Numbered from the whole stretch's first letter, positions 9,439 through 25,607 are shown. The stretch is DNA of 63,976 nucleotides, filler included, from Lenisia limosa (GCA_001655205.1; 17 parts of 17 records of this genome joined end to end with filler, not necessarily neighbours in it), one strand, 5' to 3'. Notes: generated from the sequence alone by a model not told the origin. Made by a program: numbers and translations.

Positions 9439-11339
9439 NNNNNNNNNNNNNNNNNNNNNNNNNNNNNNNNNNNNNNNNNNNNTTAATTAATTAANNNNNN
9501 NNNNNNNNNNNNNNNNNNNNNNNNNNNNNNNNNNNNNNGGAAATGAGAGGCCATAGATGGAAAAAGAAGCTCGATGTTACCAAAGCTATCTCCCCACAGC
9601 CTCATCTTATACAATATTTGTTATTCAGAAATACAAGGTAAGGATCTCAAAAACACTTCCAAGGGGGAAACATTCTATGCCTCATTAGTATTGGTCCAAT
9701 ATGATGGGGAACAAAAAATAACAAAGACTCCTCAAACCTCTCTCACTCGGCCTCAGCCTTGGACTTGAACACTTATGAAGAATCTGAGTTTGGGGTGTGT
9801 GGCCTTCTTGGTTTTACTTTCAGCTTGTTGATGCAAAAAAGACGTGTTGTGGTAAGGGCAAGCAGAAGGGGCGCGGGTGGGAATAGATTGACTGTTGACT
9901 TTTCAAGATCGAATAACAACGAATGTCAAGACAATGGGTTCTTTATGTGTGTCTCAACCGGAGAGTCTGACTCTAATAGCGTTGATTAGTTGATTGCTTT
10001 TATGCTAATATGCTAATTCTTAAATTGTGAATCGTATAAAAAGGGGGGGGGGGAGAACAAGGGGCGAGCAGCGATCTGGCCATTCAAATTATTTGCAAAT
10101 TATTCCTTGTTTTTTGTTTTTGTTTCTAGTAGAGTGTTGAGGGAGTGGGGGGGAAGAAGGTGTTTGGGTGTTTGAGTCATAATGATTTTGTGTGTTTGCG
10201 TGCAATGCCAAGTACACAACCATTTTGATCTGAATCTCTGAATCAACATAAAAGACAATCTTATCGGCAAGGCGGCTTATCTGTGTCCCTTGATGTTGTA
10301 TATAGTCGTCATATCATATCACTTTTGGATCGTGTGAACTAACATTTTCCATGCAGTGATAGGATTGATACACTCGGAATGAACCCTCGTGTTATTTTCG
10401 TTCATCATTTCGACTCGAAAGTCGGCCACATGATCATCTCACCATATGTTTAGAGACATAGTTAACAATTGTATCCACATGTACTAAGCTCTCATATCTA
10501 CATAATTTATCAAACTAAGACAACCGAAACAGGGGTGTCTATATCCACTTGGCGACAGGTGAAGGAAGGGTCACCTCCAGGGGTCGTAAACAAAGTGCAG
10601 GAATGTGGGTTTTGAGGGGCGTTATAGCCNNNNNNNNNNNNNNNNNNNNNNNNNNNNNNNNNNNNNNNNNNNNTTAATTAATTAANNNNNNNNNNNNNNN
10701 NNNNNNNNNNNNNNNNNNNNNNNNNNNNNTGGTGTTTTCAACCCTACTGTGTAGCCAACAGAGTTGATTTGGGCTTTGTTTCATATATTTTCCAGTTTTA
10801 CTCACCCCCCCCCCATAATACATCCAAATCTTCCACCTCCTCCTCATACCACCCTCCGCCTTCCGACATCATATTTTATACCATTTCCAAATCAGGACAA
10901 CGATTTAGTAATCCAACGATTCAGTATTGCCATGTATACCACCTGCGAAGATGGCAATTAAAAATCGAAATTTAACGGTTTGTTATTCATTTTCTTGGTA
11001 AAATAACCCTGTTTGAGTGACAGATTTTATCTTCTGTAAATATTCTCATGTTATTTGCAGTGTAATGTAGTGTGTTGACGTTTTTGATCTAGTGGTTAAC
11101 CAATTTTAACATTTTTTAAATAATAATGATGTTGAAAGTCGTTCGTCCAAGGGCCTGGCCCCCCTGCCGTGCGGGCGTAAAAAACCTTGGGAGAGCTTAA
11201 GTCTTAATGGGGGTCTATATGTCAGTTTTAGACATTATTTATCATCGTAAGAAGGGTAAAAACTCGTTTTATGGGAACATCATATATCATTAGTAAAGTG
11301 TATTGACCTCTTCTTTTGCCTTTTGCCGTCCATTGTGTG

Positions 11340-12206
11340 TGAAATTTGGTGAAACGTCTATTTTGAGTGCCAGGAAAACGTTGCCTTACCACTGACCTTA
11401 CCCCAAGTATGGGAAGGAAATGAGAATGCTTCTTTCACGAAATTCCTCTTTGCATAATTTTTTTGCCAACGGCGTTCTCCTCACTAAACATTGGAAGGTA
11501 TGCTTATAAAATATGGGGCAAACGTATTTGGCCACTCTTAGTTTTTCATAGTTTAAAATGACATGATACCATTGCCACAAGCATAACGTTAATTGTTCCT
11601 TCATCATGAATGAGAGCTTGGTTGCGAAAGTGGGTTTTTTTGAGCTTAAAGTGTTGAAGTGAGCTGAACAGTTACTCTTTGGAATCCGATAAGAGTATAA
11701 CAATATAATGAGGAAAATCCTGATTTGTTGTCACAGCGAATGAAGCTGGAGCTTGGAGGTGAGACTACTTCATTTATTGTGGCATCCTTTTTCCAAATAT
11801 CTCATCAAGCCAGTTGTCTAAGACCAAGTGAAGGCAATAGTGCCATATTTTGTCAAAAAAGGAAGTTCAGAAGAAAAAAAGCCGTAGATGACTGGGATGA
11901 TGTGTCATGGTTCGTGTTTCTTACGTGCAGACGTGAACGCACCAGCGGCGGCTCTCCCTCATGTCGTACGCCTTCAGTATCTACCTGAAGGGTCAAGGAA
12001 TGGCCAGCAATGTGGACATTTCTTTTTCTGTGACTATTAAGCTGATTGATTCGCTGTCCAAAACTGGTATGACTATGACGTCTGGCCACATCAACAAGGT
12101 CCACACCTGTATTGCCCGCCTTAAGACCGGAGCTGACGCAGAGTCCCTGAAGGACTACCACGCGGCGATATGCTGCTACGACAACCTCAGGATTGCAGGC
12201 GTTTGA
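11340..12206 (+). CDS. Hypothetical multi-exon protein, unknown function
   Basis: GC-richer segments bounded by AG/GT, ending in ORF 11961-12206. No family recognised and the splicing is uncertain. Confidence 0.33.
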
Positions 12207-12425
12207 GGGACAATTTATATGACACATGTAATAGTACATATCATAACATATGCTGCTGCACGGAAACCGTGTCATTTATGAGAAACCGTGTCATTTATGA
12301 TTTTTCNNNNNNNNNNNNNNNNNNNNNNNNNNNNNNNNNNNNNNNNNNNNTTAATTAATTAANNNNNNNNNNNNNNNNNNNNNNNNNNNNNNNNNNNNNN
12401 NNNNNNTCCATTACCCCCCTCCCAC

Positions 12426-15400
12426 CATAGGTATTCTCCTTATTGCAGACGATGTTGAAGTAACCGTTCTCATTCTACAAGGTAAAAAGAGCATGGCAAT
12501 CGGTCTTTATAGAATCCCTATGTATTTATTGTTTCCCAAGATTTTTTTTGTGTATTTCTCTTTTTCAAAAAAATTAACAACTCACAGAAAGCCCTCAAGG
12601 GTTTTCATGAATTCCCCTTTTCAGATTAAAAAAAAAAGAGTTTTCATGACACCAAACAACAACAAAAATCACAACCAAAAGAAGCAATAATGCCACTATG
12701 TTGGCTTTGGAGTAGGTTTGGAATGAAAAAGTTGGCTCGGATATCCGAAGCACGCAATACTTTTTTTGTGCGCGTCATATTAAATGAACTGAACTGACTG
12801 CACTGGACTGAACTGGACTTGACTGGGCCTATCAACCTACCTCACAGGGGCGTGTGCTGATGGAAAGGCCGGTTTTGACAACGTGCTGGTTGATGGCTGT
12901 TTTGTCGAAGTCAAGCTGTACGGAGAATAATTGGAAAATTAATGAAACAAAAAAGACCAAATCAACTCTGTTAGCTGACAACACCAAGGGTTGATAGCAA
13001 CAAAACAAATAAAGCCCAAGCTGTGGGAGGGTTATCGTTGAAATCGGTTAGAGACAGTTTTTATTCAGAATTAATAGAGGGCTTCACTCCGATCCAAAAA
13101 TGACAGAACTTCTAGAAAAGTCACAGATAGACAGTGAACAGGATAAGTCTAGATCGATTGTCCTTGGGAAATCATAGAGCAAATCGATCAAGCCTTATCC
13201 AGTTCACTGTATTTCGATAGTTTACCAATATTTTTTCAGACCAGAGTGAAGTCTTAAGTGACATCGTTTTCTGTAAAACGGATTCTCTTCAGCCCGAAAA
13301 CCCTCAAAAATAAATATAGTTTTTTGATTTAAAAGATCAACCAACTTAGAAACAAAACAAAAGTATACTAAGGTAAGAAGGATGTGTACAGTGTATCACT
13401 TGCAGTTATTTGATATTGTCTTTATCAATATATCTCATGATGATTAATAAAGCTCACGTTGAGACGGATGAGGTGCATGCTTGCGAGGAAGATATGGCCA
13501 GCGCTTTCGGCTCTGAGGTAGGACAGAATCGCCTTCTGGTTGCAGCCTAGGCCATGAGCAGGAGTATAGCATATTTTACTCGTTATCGGACCGAAGTGAA
13601 GCACTAACAAGGTGGTTCCTTTCTTAATCGATCCTGTTATTCCTTTCCTTAACTTGTACTGATACAAGGGCTTCACTTTGGTTCAAAAAAAGAGCACTAA
13701 AAATATCGATACTTTTCGAGGATATATTACATGGCTATCTGTCTACATTTACACCTTACCTTTCCGAGCATAGAATTCGAAGCCGTTCTCGACGGCAAAA
13801 AGACCGCCGATAAGACTCATACAGTGACCATACCATTTCTTACGAATCACCGCTGCGGTGTGAGGGCGGTGGAGTAAAATTGGAAAATTTATGAAACAAA
13901 AAAGCCGAAACCAACTCTTTTGGTTATTACACAGTTGATAACAACAACACAAACAAAGCCCAGGCCAATCGCTTCTACAGCCCCGAATCCTATCAATTGG
14001 AGAATATTGGTATGCGGGGGGTATGGCGCAATTAGAAGTAAAAAAAAAGAAGGTAGTAGAACCTGGTCGAAAAAGTCCACAAAATCCCGTTTATAAGAGA
14101 TATTGAGTTGAAAATTTGTCTATGTGCTATAGAAACTCGGTTCAGGAGAAGCGCGGGTAACATATTTTAACCTTTTATTAAGAAATTTCTATAATTATAT
14201 CTAGCAATGAGAAACAAAAAAATAAGGTTGTATCTGGCCNNNNNNNNNNNNNNNNNNNNNNNNNNNNNNNNNNNNNNNNNNNNNNNNNNNNNNAATTGCC
14301 TTACAACTCTGATTAACATTACAAATGTGTGTGTGTGGTCAGACTAGTGGTAATACATAGCTTCACCCACCCAGGATGTCTTTAATAAACTGCACCGAGG
14401 GCGCTTGGAGAATCAGGCGGCACAAACGGGCAATATCTAATGGAAGTTCTGAAACGTAAGAGCAAGTTGGATTGTTTTTAATACTATTATTTGAAGTCAA
14501 GTCTGGCATTTCATATTTAAACTCCTCTTCCCATTAAGATCAGACACTTAGGAGTTTTTCGAAAAAATCCTTATCCCCATGAAGAAAAGCAAGTCGAATC
14601 TGATGAAAAAACAAAACCCGTGTCATATTAAAGCACCTCTACTGAAGAATCACAAGTCCGTAATAGGGTTGCCTTGATAAGTCTTGACCGATTTTCCCTG
14701 GGAAATCATATAGCAAATCGGTCATGACTTATCCCGGTCACTGTATAAAACACCTGTAATATTTCAACACCTCTAACCGTTAAGATGGCGAACAGAGTCA
14801 TCAGGCATAGCCATGGTCTTAATGAGCTTGGCTGGTTCCGCGGTTACTCTGATCAAGTCAGATAGATATAAAAAGGGGGTCAGACAGATAGGGTTCAGGC
14901 ATGATTTTGTGTTTATCCATTACCCCATACCCATCACTCTGGGGGAGGCTAACACCAAGACGCGCGAGGCAGGAGCGGAGGTTCATCTTCTTATTGACCT
15001 TTCCCGAGTACATGAGGCACATGTCCTGGTAGGCTGCTTTAAACTACAGGCCAATTAGGGGTAAATTGGGAAGACGCTGTAATTTCGGAACCAAAAGTGT
15101 GAAATAGTGATGTTTATCGAGAACATTCTCGAATATTTATCACTTGTTATAATCGTTCATGCGCGATCATTCAAATTTGATAGCATTTGTGGTTTGTTCA
15201 ATGACCAGATGATAAATAAAGCAAGGTTGTATCTGGCCGAAACCGTCCACACCATCATGCTTATAAGAGATATTGAATTATAGTATCTGGCCGAAGCCGT
15301 CNNNNNNNNNNNNNNNNNNNNNNNNNNNNNNNNNNNNNNNNNNNNNNNNNNNNNNNNNNNNNNNNNNNNAGATAGTGGATTATAGACGAAAAAATTTGTT

Positions 15401-16290
15401 TTGCCTTACAACTCTGTGCACACAGCTTTCTCCGTGCCTCCCCAGCTAGAAAAAAATAAATATATAATTCACCCAACCATTTGCCCTACAACTCCCAGGC
15501 TTCCGCGTGCCCCCATACGTGATATTTGATAGCTGCCTTCTGGCCAAAGAACGGTGTCTCAAGGTTGCCACTGAAAAGTAAACACAAAAACAGAGAAAGT
15601 TGTGCAAAAATGGAGGGCTTAGAAAGATAGGGTTCTATGGGGGGAGTTGATAAAAATAGCTATTTTTTTCTAAAAAATAAAAATAAATAATAAAATAATA
15701 TATCACACCGTTCATANNNNNNNNNNNNNNNNNNNNNNNNNNNNNNNNNNNNNNNNNNNNNNNNNNNNNNNNNNNNNNNNNNNNNNNNNNGAGTCTCAAA
15801 ATGAATAGTTCCGTAACAAATACACAAGTTGCAATATGTATACATGTTTAAACCAACTTAGAGATTGCTTAGGAGAAAATATATTATACAAGAAAGACTA
15901 CACACAAGAGTTGTATCCTGAAACGGACTATTTAGATTGCTCCTCTGCGTCCTCTTCCACGACCACGAAGTTGTTTTTCTTGGGATGAACACAAATATTA
16001 AGTCGCTGACTAGCTCAAAAATGACTTTAAATCGGTTTTTGAGAACCTTTTTTTGAAAAAAGAAACACATTTAGTTTAAAAAACACATATTTATGAATGG
16101 TGTGCTATATAATAACCACCCTTAAATCAAGTCCCCCCCCCCCTTCCCCCCATACAAAGAGGCTTCAAACGATGGTCTTCGAACAAAGTCCATCTCCCGC
16201 TCCAAGTCGGTTTCAATAAAGAACTGCAAATCTTCGTGATCACTGGGGAGGACCGTTTTGGTCTTGGCTTTGGGAGAGGATGATACTGGG
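12426..16290 (-). CDS. Unknown multi-exon protein (>=8 exons), partial
   Basis: AG/GT-bounded stop-free exons: NAPVSSSPKAKTKTVLPSDHEDLQFFIETDLEREMDFVRRPSFEAS, GNLETPFFGQKAAIKYH, FKAAYQDMCLMYSGKVNKKMNLRSCLARL, VIRKKWYGHCMSLIGGLFAVENGFEFYARK, GCNQKAILSYLRAESAGHIFLASMHLIRLN, LDFDKTAINQHVVKTGLSISTRPCE, NENGYFNIVCNKENTY. Confidence 0.55.
12916..13022 (-). mobile_element. Family A repeat ending at acceptor
   Basis: ...ttttccaattattctccgtacAG|cttgacttc. Confidence 0.78.
13078..13255. mobile_element. MITE family B interrupted by a nested family G MITE
   Basis: B left TIR agggcttcactccgatcc at 13078 and right TIR accagagtgaagtctt ending 13255; G element inside at 13132-13209. Confidence 0.7.
13132..13209. 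mobile_element. MITE family G (~78 bp, CAGTG...CACTG ends)
   Basis: cagtgaacaggataagtctagatcgat ... atcgatcaagccttatccagttcactg|ta. Confidence 0.8.
13853..13985 (-). mobile_element. Family A repeat ending at acceptor
   Basis: ...taaattttccaattttactccaccgccctcacaccgcAG|cggtgattcg. Confidence 0.82.
14667..14743. mobile_element. MITE family G copy
   Basis: gataagtcttgaccgatt...aatcggtcatgacttatcccggtcactg|ta. Confidence 0.75.
15208..15301 (-). repeat. Family C repeat (partial tandem)
   Basis: aaggttgtatctggccgaaaccgtccacaccatcatgcttataagagatattgaattatagtatctggccgaagccgtc, then a gap. Confidence 0.78.
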
Positions 16291-17060
16291 GCGTTCTAAA
16301 TGCATCCATCATTTCTTGAGCTTCACTTCGGTTCAAAAAAGAATGTTTTTCGATAAATCCTCGGAAGCTATCGATATTATTCTGGTCATAGTATTATATA
16401 ATATAGCAATGAGAAAAAAAAAATAAGTTGGTATCTGACCGAAGCCGTCNNNNNNNNNNNNNNNNNNNNNNNNNNNNNNNNNNNNNNNNNNNNNNNNNNN
16501 NNNNNNNNNNNNNNNNNNNNNNNNNNNNNNNNNNNNNNNNNNNNNNNNNNNNNNNNNNNNNNNNNNNNNNNNNNNNNNNNNNNNNNNNNNNNNNNNNNNN
16601 NNNNNNNNNNNNNNNNNNNNNCTTGAAAATGCAACAAGATCAGGGTGTGATCTCTAAAAAAATTGTGCCCAGTAAAAATACACTTTCCCCCCTTTTTTTA
16701 AAAAGTCATTTTTCAAGCTCATTATCCTTTAAGTTTGTACTCTTATTGATAATATTGTCATTTTGCTAGAGAAATACGAAAAACAAAGTCCNNNNNNNNN
16801 NNNNNNNNNNNNNNNNNNNNNNNNNNNNNNNNNNNTTAATTAATTAANNNNNNNNNNNNNNNNNNNNNNNNNNNNNNNNNNNNNNNNNNNNGCTTCTGCA
16901 GCACCGCATCCCATCACTCCAGCGTAATCGGAATATTTATGAGAGGGGTAGTGCAATACTATATTTGTGATATGCAGTGTATGGGGGGTCAACTTCAGAG
17001 GAGATTGTGCTTTTTGTATCAACGAAACCGTCCATAACATCACGCTTTGAAGAGACACAT

Positions 17061-17190
17061 TGAGATGAAAAATAAAACAAGGCTGAATCTGGCTGAAGTT
17101 GTACACACCATCACGCTTATAGAAATAAAACAAGGCTGAATCTAGCTGAAGCCGTACACATCATCACGCGTTATAAGATATGTTGGAATA
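17061..17190 (-). repeat. Family C repeat, two tandem units
   Basis: aaataaaacaaggctgaatct(g/a)gctgaag...acaccatcacgc twice in tandem (~60 bp unit). Confidence 0.78.
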
Positions 17191-17270
17191 TAATATAATA
17201 CTAATTCAACCAAACATTTGCATTACCCCAGCTTTTAGCTTGCCTCCCAAAATAGCTAGATAAAAAGGTA

Positions 17271-17366
17271 GAAATTCACTTTCGGTTCCAGAAAAAGACT
17301 GAATTCTCCATAAATCCTCGATAAATATAGATACTTTCCATGCCCTTTAACCGAAAGTGAAGCTCT
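17271..17366. mobile_element. MITE family B copy
   Basis: ttcactttcggttcc...aaccgaaagtgaagctct with the family B core (agactgaattctc..taaatcctcga). Confidence 0.75.
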
Positions 17367-17377
17367 CTAACAAGGGC

Positions 17378-19613
17378 TTACTCAGAGGGAGTGGATGAGT
17401 CCGTTTTGGCGTCTTCTTGCTCAATTATCGAAAATGCGGATACAGTGTCATCACCTTGCTTCTGGTTCTCCATTTCTCCTTCTTTCTTTTCCTCTTCTTG
17501 TTCTTCCTCTTTCTTTTCCTCTTCTTCTTGTTCTTTCTCTTTCTTTTTCTCTTCTTCCTCTTTTTCTTTCTTGTCATCTTTTTCCCGTTCCTCTTTAGCA
17601 GTGTCTTCGTTTTCCTTTTCCTCTTCCTCCTCTTCCTTATCCAATTTTCCGGTTCTCACTCCGGGAATGATTTCAGCCTCTTCTCCCATCTTCTCTTCTT
17701 CTCCCATCCTTTCCTTTTCTCTTTTCTCTTCTTCTTGTAACTTTTCGCTCTTCGAAAATTCGAATATCTTCATCTCTTCCTTACCTTCCTGCTCATCTTG
17801 GCCTTCTTCCTTCTTCACCACTATAACCTCATCTTCCTTCTTCACAGATTCTTCCTCCTCAATAATCTCTTCTTTCATTCCAATCTCATCATCAATAATC
17901 TCCTTTTCCACACCAGCCTTATCATCATGTCTACGTGCTGCAATAACAGAGGTAGCAACACAGGCGACAGCCACTACTCCAACCGCTCCTCCAGCAGCAA
18001 TCATTTGGGTTTGGTTGGAGTGCGAGGCTTCTTGATTTCCTTGCTCTTTGTCGTCATCTTTTTCTTCTTCATTGTCTTCTTGCTTCTGTTCTTGTTCTTT
18101 GCCTTCTTTCTCTTCTTCGTCGACTTCTTCTTCCTTTTGATTATGTTCATCTTCTTGTTCAATTTGTTCAACCTGATCACCTTCAAGCTTTCTTTCTTCA
18201 TCTTCTTCTTTATTGCCTTGTTTCTTATCTTCTTCAAACTTATTTTCTTCTACGTTTTCTTTCATTTCCTCCTTTATTACCTCCTTTATTACCTCTTTTT
18301 CTTCCTTCCTTTCTTCTTTCATCTCCAACTCAGCATCTTCTTCTTCAATCTTCTCAACTTCTTCAACTCTCTTCTCCTCTGCTCCAGTCTTCTTTTTCTT
18401 TAGAGCCAACAGTATATCAGGTCCAACTCCCGGCATCATGCACACACCGCCCGCGGGCGGTTTAAACCGCTTTTTAGCCCCAGTTTGCACTTCTCCTGTC
18501 TTTCCCTCATGATTTTGCTTAAGGTTGTCGACATGATTTTCCTCTGGTTCTGCGAAGCTTCTGCCAAAAGCCGTCTACGTATTCATTAATNNNNNNNNNN
18601 NNNNNNNNNNNNNNNNNNNNNNNNNNNNNNNNNNNNNNNNNNNNNNNNNNNNNNNNNNNNNNNNNNNNNNNNNNNNNNNNNNTATATTATATAGAAAAAA
18701 TAAAAATATATCGATATCTGATATATATAATATATTATATGATATTATATGATATATAAATAGTAGTGTCGAGGAATGAATATTCATTGTTGAGAAAAGA
18801 TTTGAAATATACTAGGGTGTTGTCGATAACTTTCAGCGACATTTTCACTGTCGCTGTATAGCAATTTTTAAATCGCATAAAATCGTGTACCTGGGGTTTC
18901 GAACGAGTGGGCTGCCGTCTTTTCGGTCCACGCGGCCGCTGAAGGTGTAAGAACTGTAACCAAGGGAACTGCTGTGTTTAGTTGGCTTGTGGTCAAAATC
19001 TTTTCTCAACAAAAGAAAAGTTATTGACTTGATCGATCATCATCCGTTAGGGTTCACTTCTGCCATAAAAAAGAGACTGATTTGGGCGAATGATCCTTAA
19101 TAAATATTGATTATTACAGGTCTTTTTCGGAAGGAAGTGATGATCTACTTAACGGTCACGTAAGAGTAGTGAATGCCCAACCTTGTTTCCTGAAGATTGG
19201 AGCAGAGCAGTTGACAGTACGGGAGTTGCAGCTGGACAGTACAAATCATGGCATTTGTTGGTGTTTCTTTCTTTGGCTTCTTCAATTCTCTTCTTCTGTG
19301 CTTCTTCTTCAATACTATTTCTCTCAGCCTCTTCTTCTTCAAGTCTCTTCCTCTCAGCTTCTTCTTCTATAATTCTCTTCTTCTCTGCTTCTTCTTCTTC
19401 TTCCTTCCTCTTTTTCATAGCTTCTTCTTTTTCAAGTCTCTTCTTCTCAGCTTCTTCTTCTTCAATTCTATTCCTCTCAGCTTCTTCTTCAAGTCTCTTA
19501 TTCTTCTTCTCCGCTTCTTCTTCAATTCTTTTTCTCTCAGCTTCTTCATCAAGTCTCTTCCTCTCAGCTTCTTCTTCTTCAAGTCTCCTCTTCTCAGCTT
19601 CTTCTTCTTCAAG
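17378..19613 (-). CDS. Highly charged Glu/Lys-rich coiled-coil protein with a CPI-like motif, N-terminus missing
   Basis: Coding repeat AERKRLEEE (19280-19613), then a small exon FLHLQRPRGPKRRQPTRSKPQ (~18891-18953), then a long terminal exon (~18575-17378) containing KRFKPPAGGVCMMPG and an acidic tail. Confidence 0.7.
19049..19146. mobile_element. MITE family B copy (degenerate)
   Basis: agggttcacttc...aaaaagagactgatt...ttttcggaaggaagtgatgatct. Confidence 0.6.
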
Positions 19614-19739
19614 NNNNNNNNNNNNNNNNNNNNNNNNNNNNNNNNNNNNNNNNNNNNTTAATTAATTAANNNNNNNNNNNNNNNNNNNNNNNNNNNNNNN
19701 NNNNNNNNNNNNNCACTCTTGTGATCCCCCCCCCCCCAC

Positions 19740-23212
<3,473 letters not shown>

Positions 23213-23644
23213 TATGTTCCCACTTGATTAAAAGGAAGGATTCACCGGACTTTTTTTAGTGAAAAGGAATAAAGTAATCATTGATTACTTTCCTTTTTTT
23301 GGTGAGTTGAAACAATAATTGTTATTGCAGGCAGAATAAGCGAAAAGTAATCAGACACATATTTTCATATTTTAGTGGCTTGTTAGGAAAGAAAGGTGAG
23401 CGAAAGGCAGTGTTCGGCAAATAACTCTTTAAATGCCTAGCCCTCTCAACTATTGCTGGGTAAGCTGGATTAAGAGATTCCGGACATGTTTTGTTGAATT
23501 TACTTTTTCTGGTCCCTTAGGCATGTATATATCCAACTGTCCAATCTCGCTTTTTCTCAGTTTTTTTTTTATTCATTTTGAACTTCTGGGTTGATACTAC
23601 CATTTCCAGATATATAGTAATTAATCTGAATCTTACTGTTGTAG

Positions 23645-25145
23645 GTTATACTAGCTTTGATCCTGGCGGCAGCATCAGCAATTGCTCAGATCAGGTATGG
23701 TTATCTACATAACCTAGGAATTTAGATTATGCACTATTCATACTCCTCCTAGACATAACCAGTCCCATTAATTTTTTTGTGATGTTTTCATCTGTTGTTG
23801 TTAATGTTTAGTCAACGGTTTTTTTTTATTTTTAATTTTTCTTTCCACCTTACCCGCTCAATACTCTGCGTGTTTGCTTCTTTTGAATGCTGACGTGATG
23901 GGATGTGGTGCTGCAGAAGCGACTGGGCTGGACGTTGTTTTTTTTATTGTTATCAACGCCAGCAGAGTTGATTCGTGCTTTTTTATTTCATACATTTTCC
24001 AATCTTACTCCCCGTAGGCTTCCCGAAGGAACTACAGCAAGTCCGCCAACTGGACCCAATGACGTTATCCCTTATGAGACCCTAACCGCTGCTATAGAGG
24101 AGGTGGGTCCACTGGGGATAATGTCTCATTATTGTGATTTATTTTGTTTGTTAATGATTTTGTTTTTGGAATAAAGATTAACAAAATATGTACTATGTGT
24201 ATATTTTTAGATCTCCCACTCAAATAACTGACCCCATCAGCTCCGCGCTACCATAAGTGAAATGAATTCTACTCTCAATTTACTTAAGGTGGGCAGTTGC
24301 TTGAAGAATTATTGTCAGCCAGAGTCATTGTACATCACCGTGTACACATTTTATATTTTTAAGTCGGTTTCTCAATATTCTAATTTAAGCTGACTTGCTG
24401 CCCCAGTACCAATGGAACACTAGTGACAGTTCTTTTAGTTCATGCCTTTCTATCAAAAATGAACATGACGTGTTGGGACGTAAGAGGGTTAATTATCGAC
24501 ATTGCTGTTGTCCGTTTAGCTTGACATTGGAGTGTTGTCTTTTTTATATTTCACGAAAATAACAGAGAGGTGATGTTTTGTATGATTTGTTTTATTTTCG
24601 CAGTTACTATGGAGAGCAAAATGTACTACATTAAACCCACGGGTTTCGCAAAAGTGAGTGGGTACTGTCAGAGAAGGTTTAGAGGATGTATCTGAATATG
24701 GCTTTGTTTTATTGGGAGGAAATGTATGTTTTGTCACTCTCATTTGCTGTTTATACCATCAAATGTGTAAATATACATGTACATATCATATATTAGTGCG
24801 TTTCAGCATTATAATCGTTCACTGATCCAGGCTATCCCGGCCTACTGTGATGCGGACGAGGACGGTGGCGGATGGACCCTTGTATTGAACTACAATATTC
24901 TGAATGGTGTTACTAACCCTTCATCAGTCAGCGGGTTGTCAGTTTTTTTATTATTATTTGTTCCCTTCTGCAGCGAAAGCATTTCGAAATTTAGATCAAA
25001 TTTGTTTTCAGAGGCCCCTAATAAAGAGAGTAGTCTTATTGTATCCACCATTCTCAGTTCCATTTGTTAATAGGATGTAGCTTCTTGACGTTTTTCCCAT
25101 GTTTACCAGTACTGAGCTTGGCTATGACGGCTATTCGACTCCCTC
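23645..25145 (+). CDS. Secreted protein with fibrinogen-related (FReD-like) domain, partial
   Basis: Hydrophobic signal-like exon VILALILAAASAIAQI, coiled exon LRATISEMNSTLNLLK, then SSCLSIK and AYCDADEDGGGWTLVLNY, matching the fibrinogen C-terminal YCD...GGGWT motif. Confidence 0.62.
23889..24017 (+). mobile_element. Family A repeat, full length, ending at acceptor
   Basis: gctgacgtgatgggatgtggtgctgcagaagcgactgggc...ccagcagagttgattcgtgc...ttttccaatcttactccccgtAG|gcttcccgaa. Confidence 0.87.
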
Positions 25146-25365
25146 GGTTGGGGGGATAAATTATGAGAATTGACAAGTAATAATTCAATTAATTTCATAA
25201 GTATAATATATTATATCATCCATTCTACAGCTACAAAGCCCTTGCGTTCGGGAGCAGCAGGGAGATTATCAAGTGAATTAAAACGTACAGTGGAGATGCG
25301 GAGTGTCGACGCTTTTTTCACGGAGAAGATCGTGAAAACTGGAATGTTAAAGACTACTCATGACT

Positions 25366-25464
25366 GGCGGTCCCTTCTGTTTGGAAAAAAAAGACAGAAT
25401 TTCTCGACAAATTGTTGAAAACTATTGATATATTACAGGTCTTTTTCAACCAGAATGAAGCCCT
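25366..25464. mobile_element. MITE family B copy (degenerate)
   Basis: Family B core and right TIR aaccagaatgaagccct|a. Confidence 0.62.
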
Positions 25465-25607
25465 AATCATGGCAGATTACCATTTTGGAAAGGCTGTGTA
25501 GTGTCTNNNNNNNNNNNNNNNNNNNNNNNNNNNNNNNNNNNNNNNNNNNNTTAATTAATTAANNNNNNNNNNNNNNNNNNNNNNNNNNNNNNNNNNNNNN
25601 NNNNNNA

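Noticed and set aside
9539-10629. Possible coding exons in this short contig
   Set aside because: I could not derive a consistent frame or recognisable domain, so it is left unannotated.
17391-18512. Long plus-strand Ser/Phe-rich ORFs (also 19169-19665)
   Set aside because: They are antisense shadows of the Glu/Lys-rich low-complexity coding strand.
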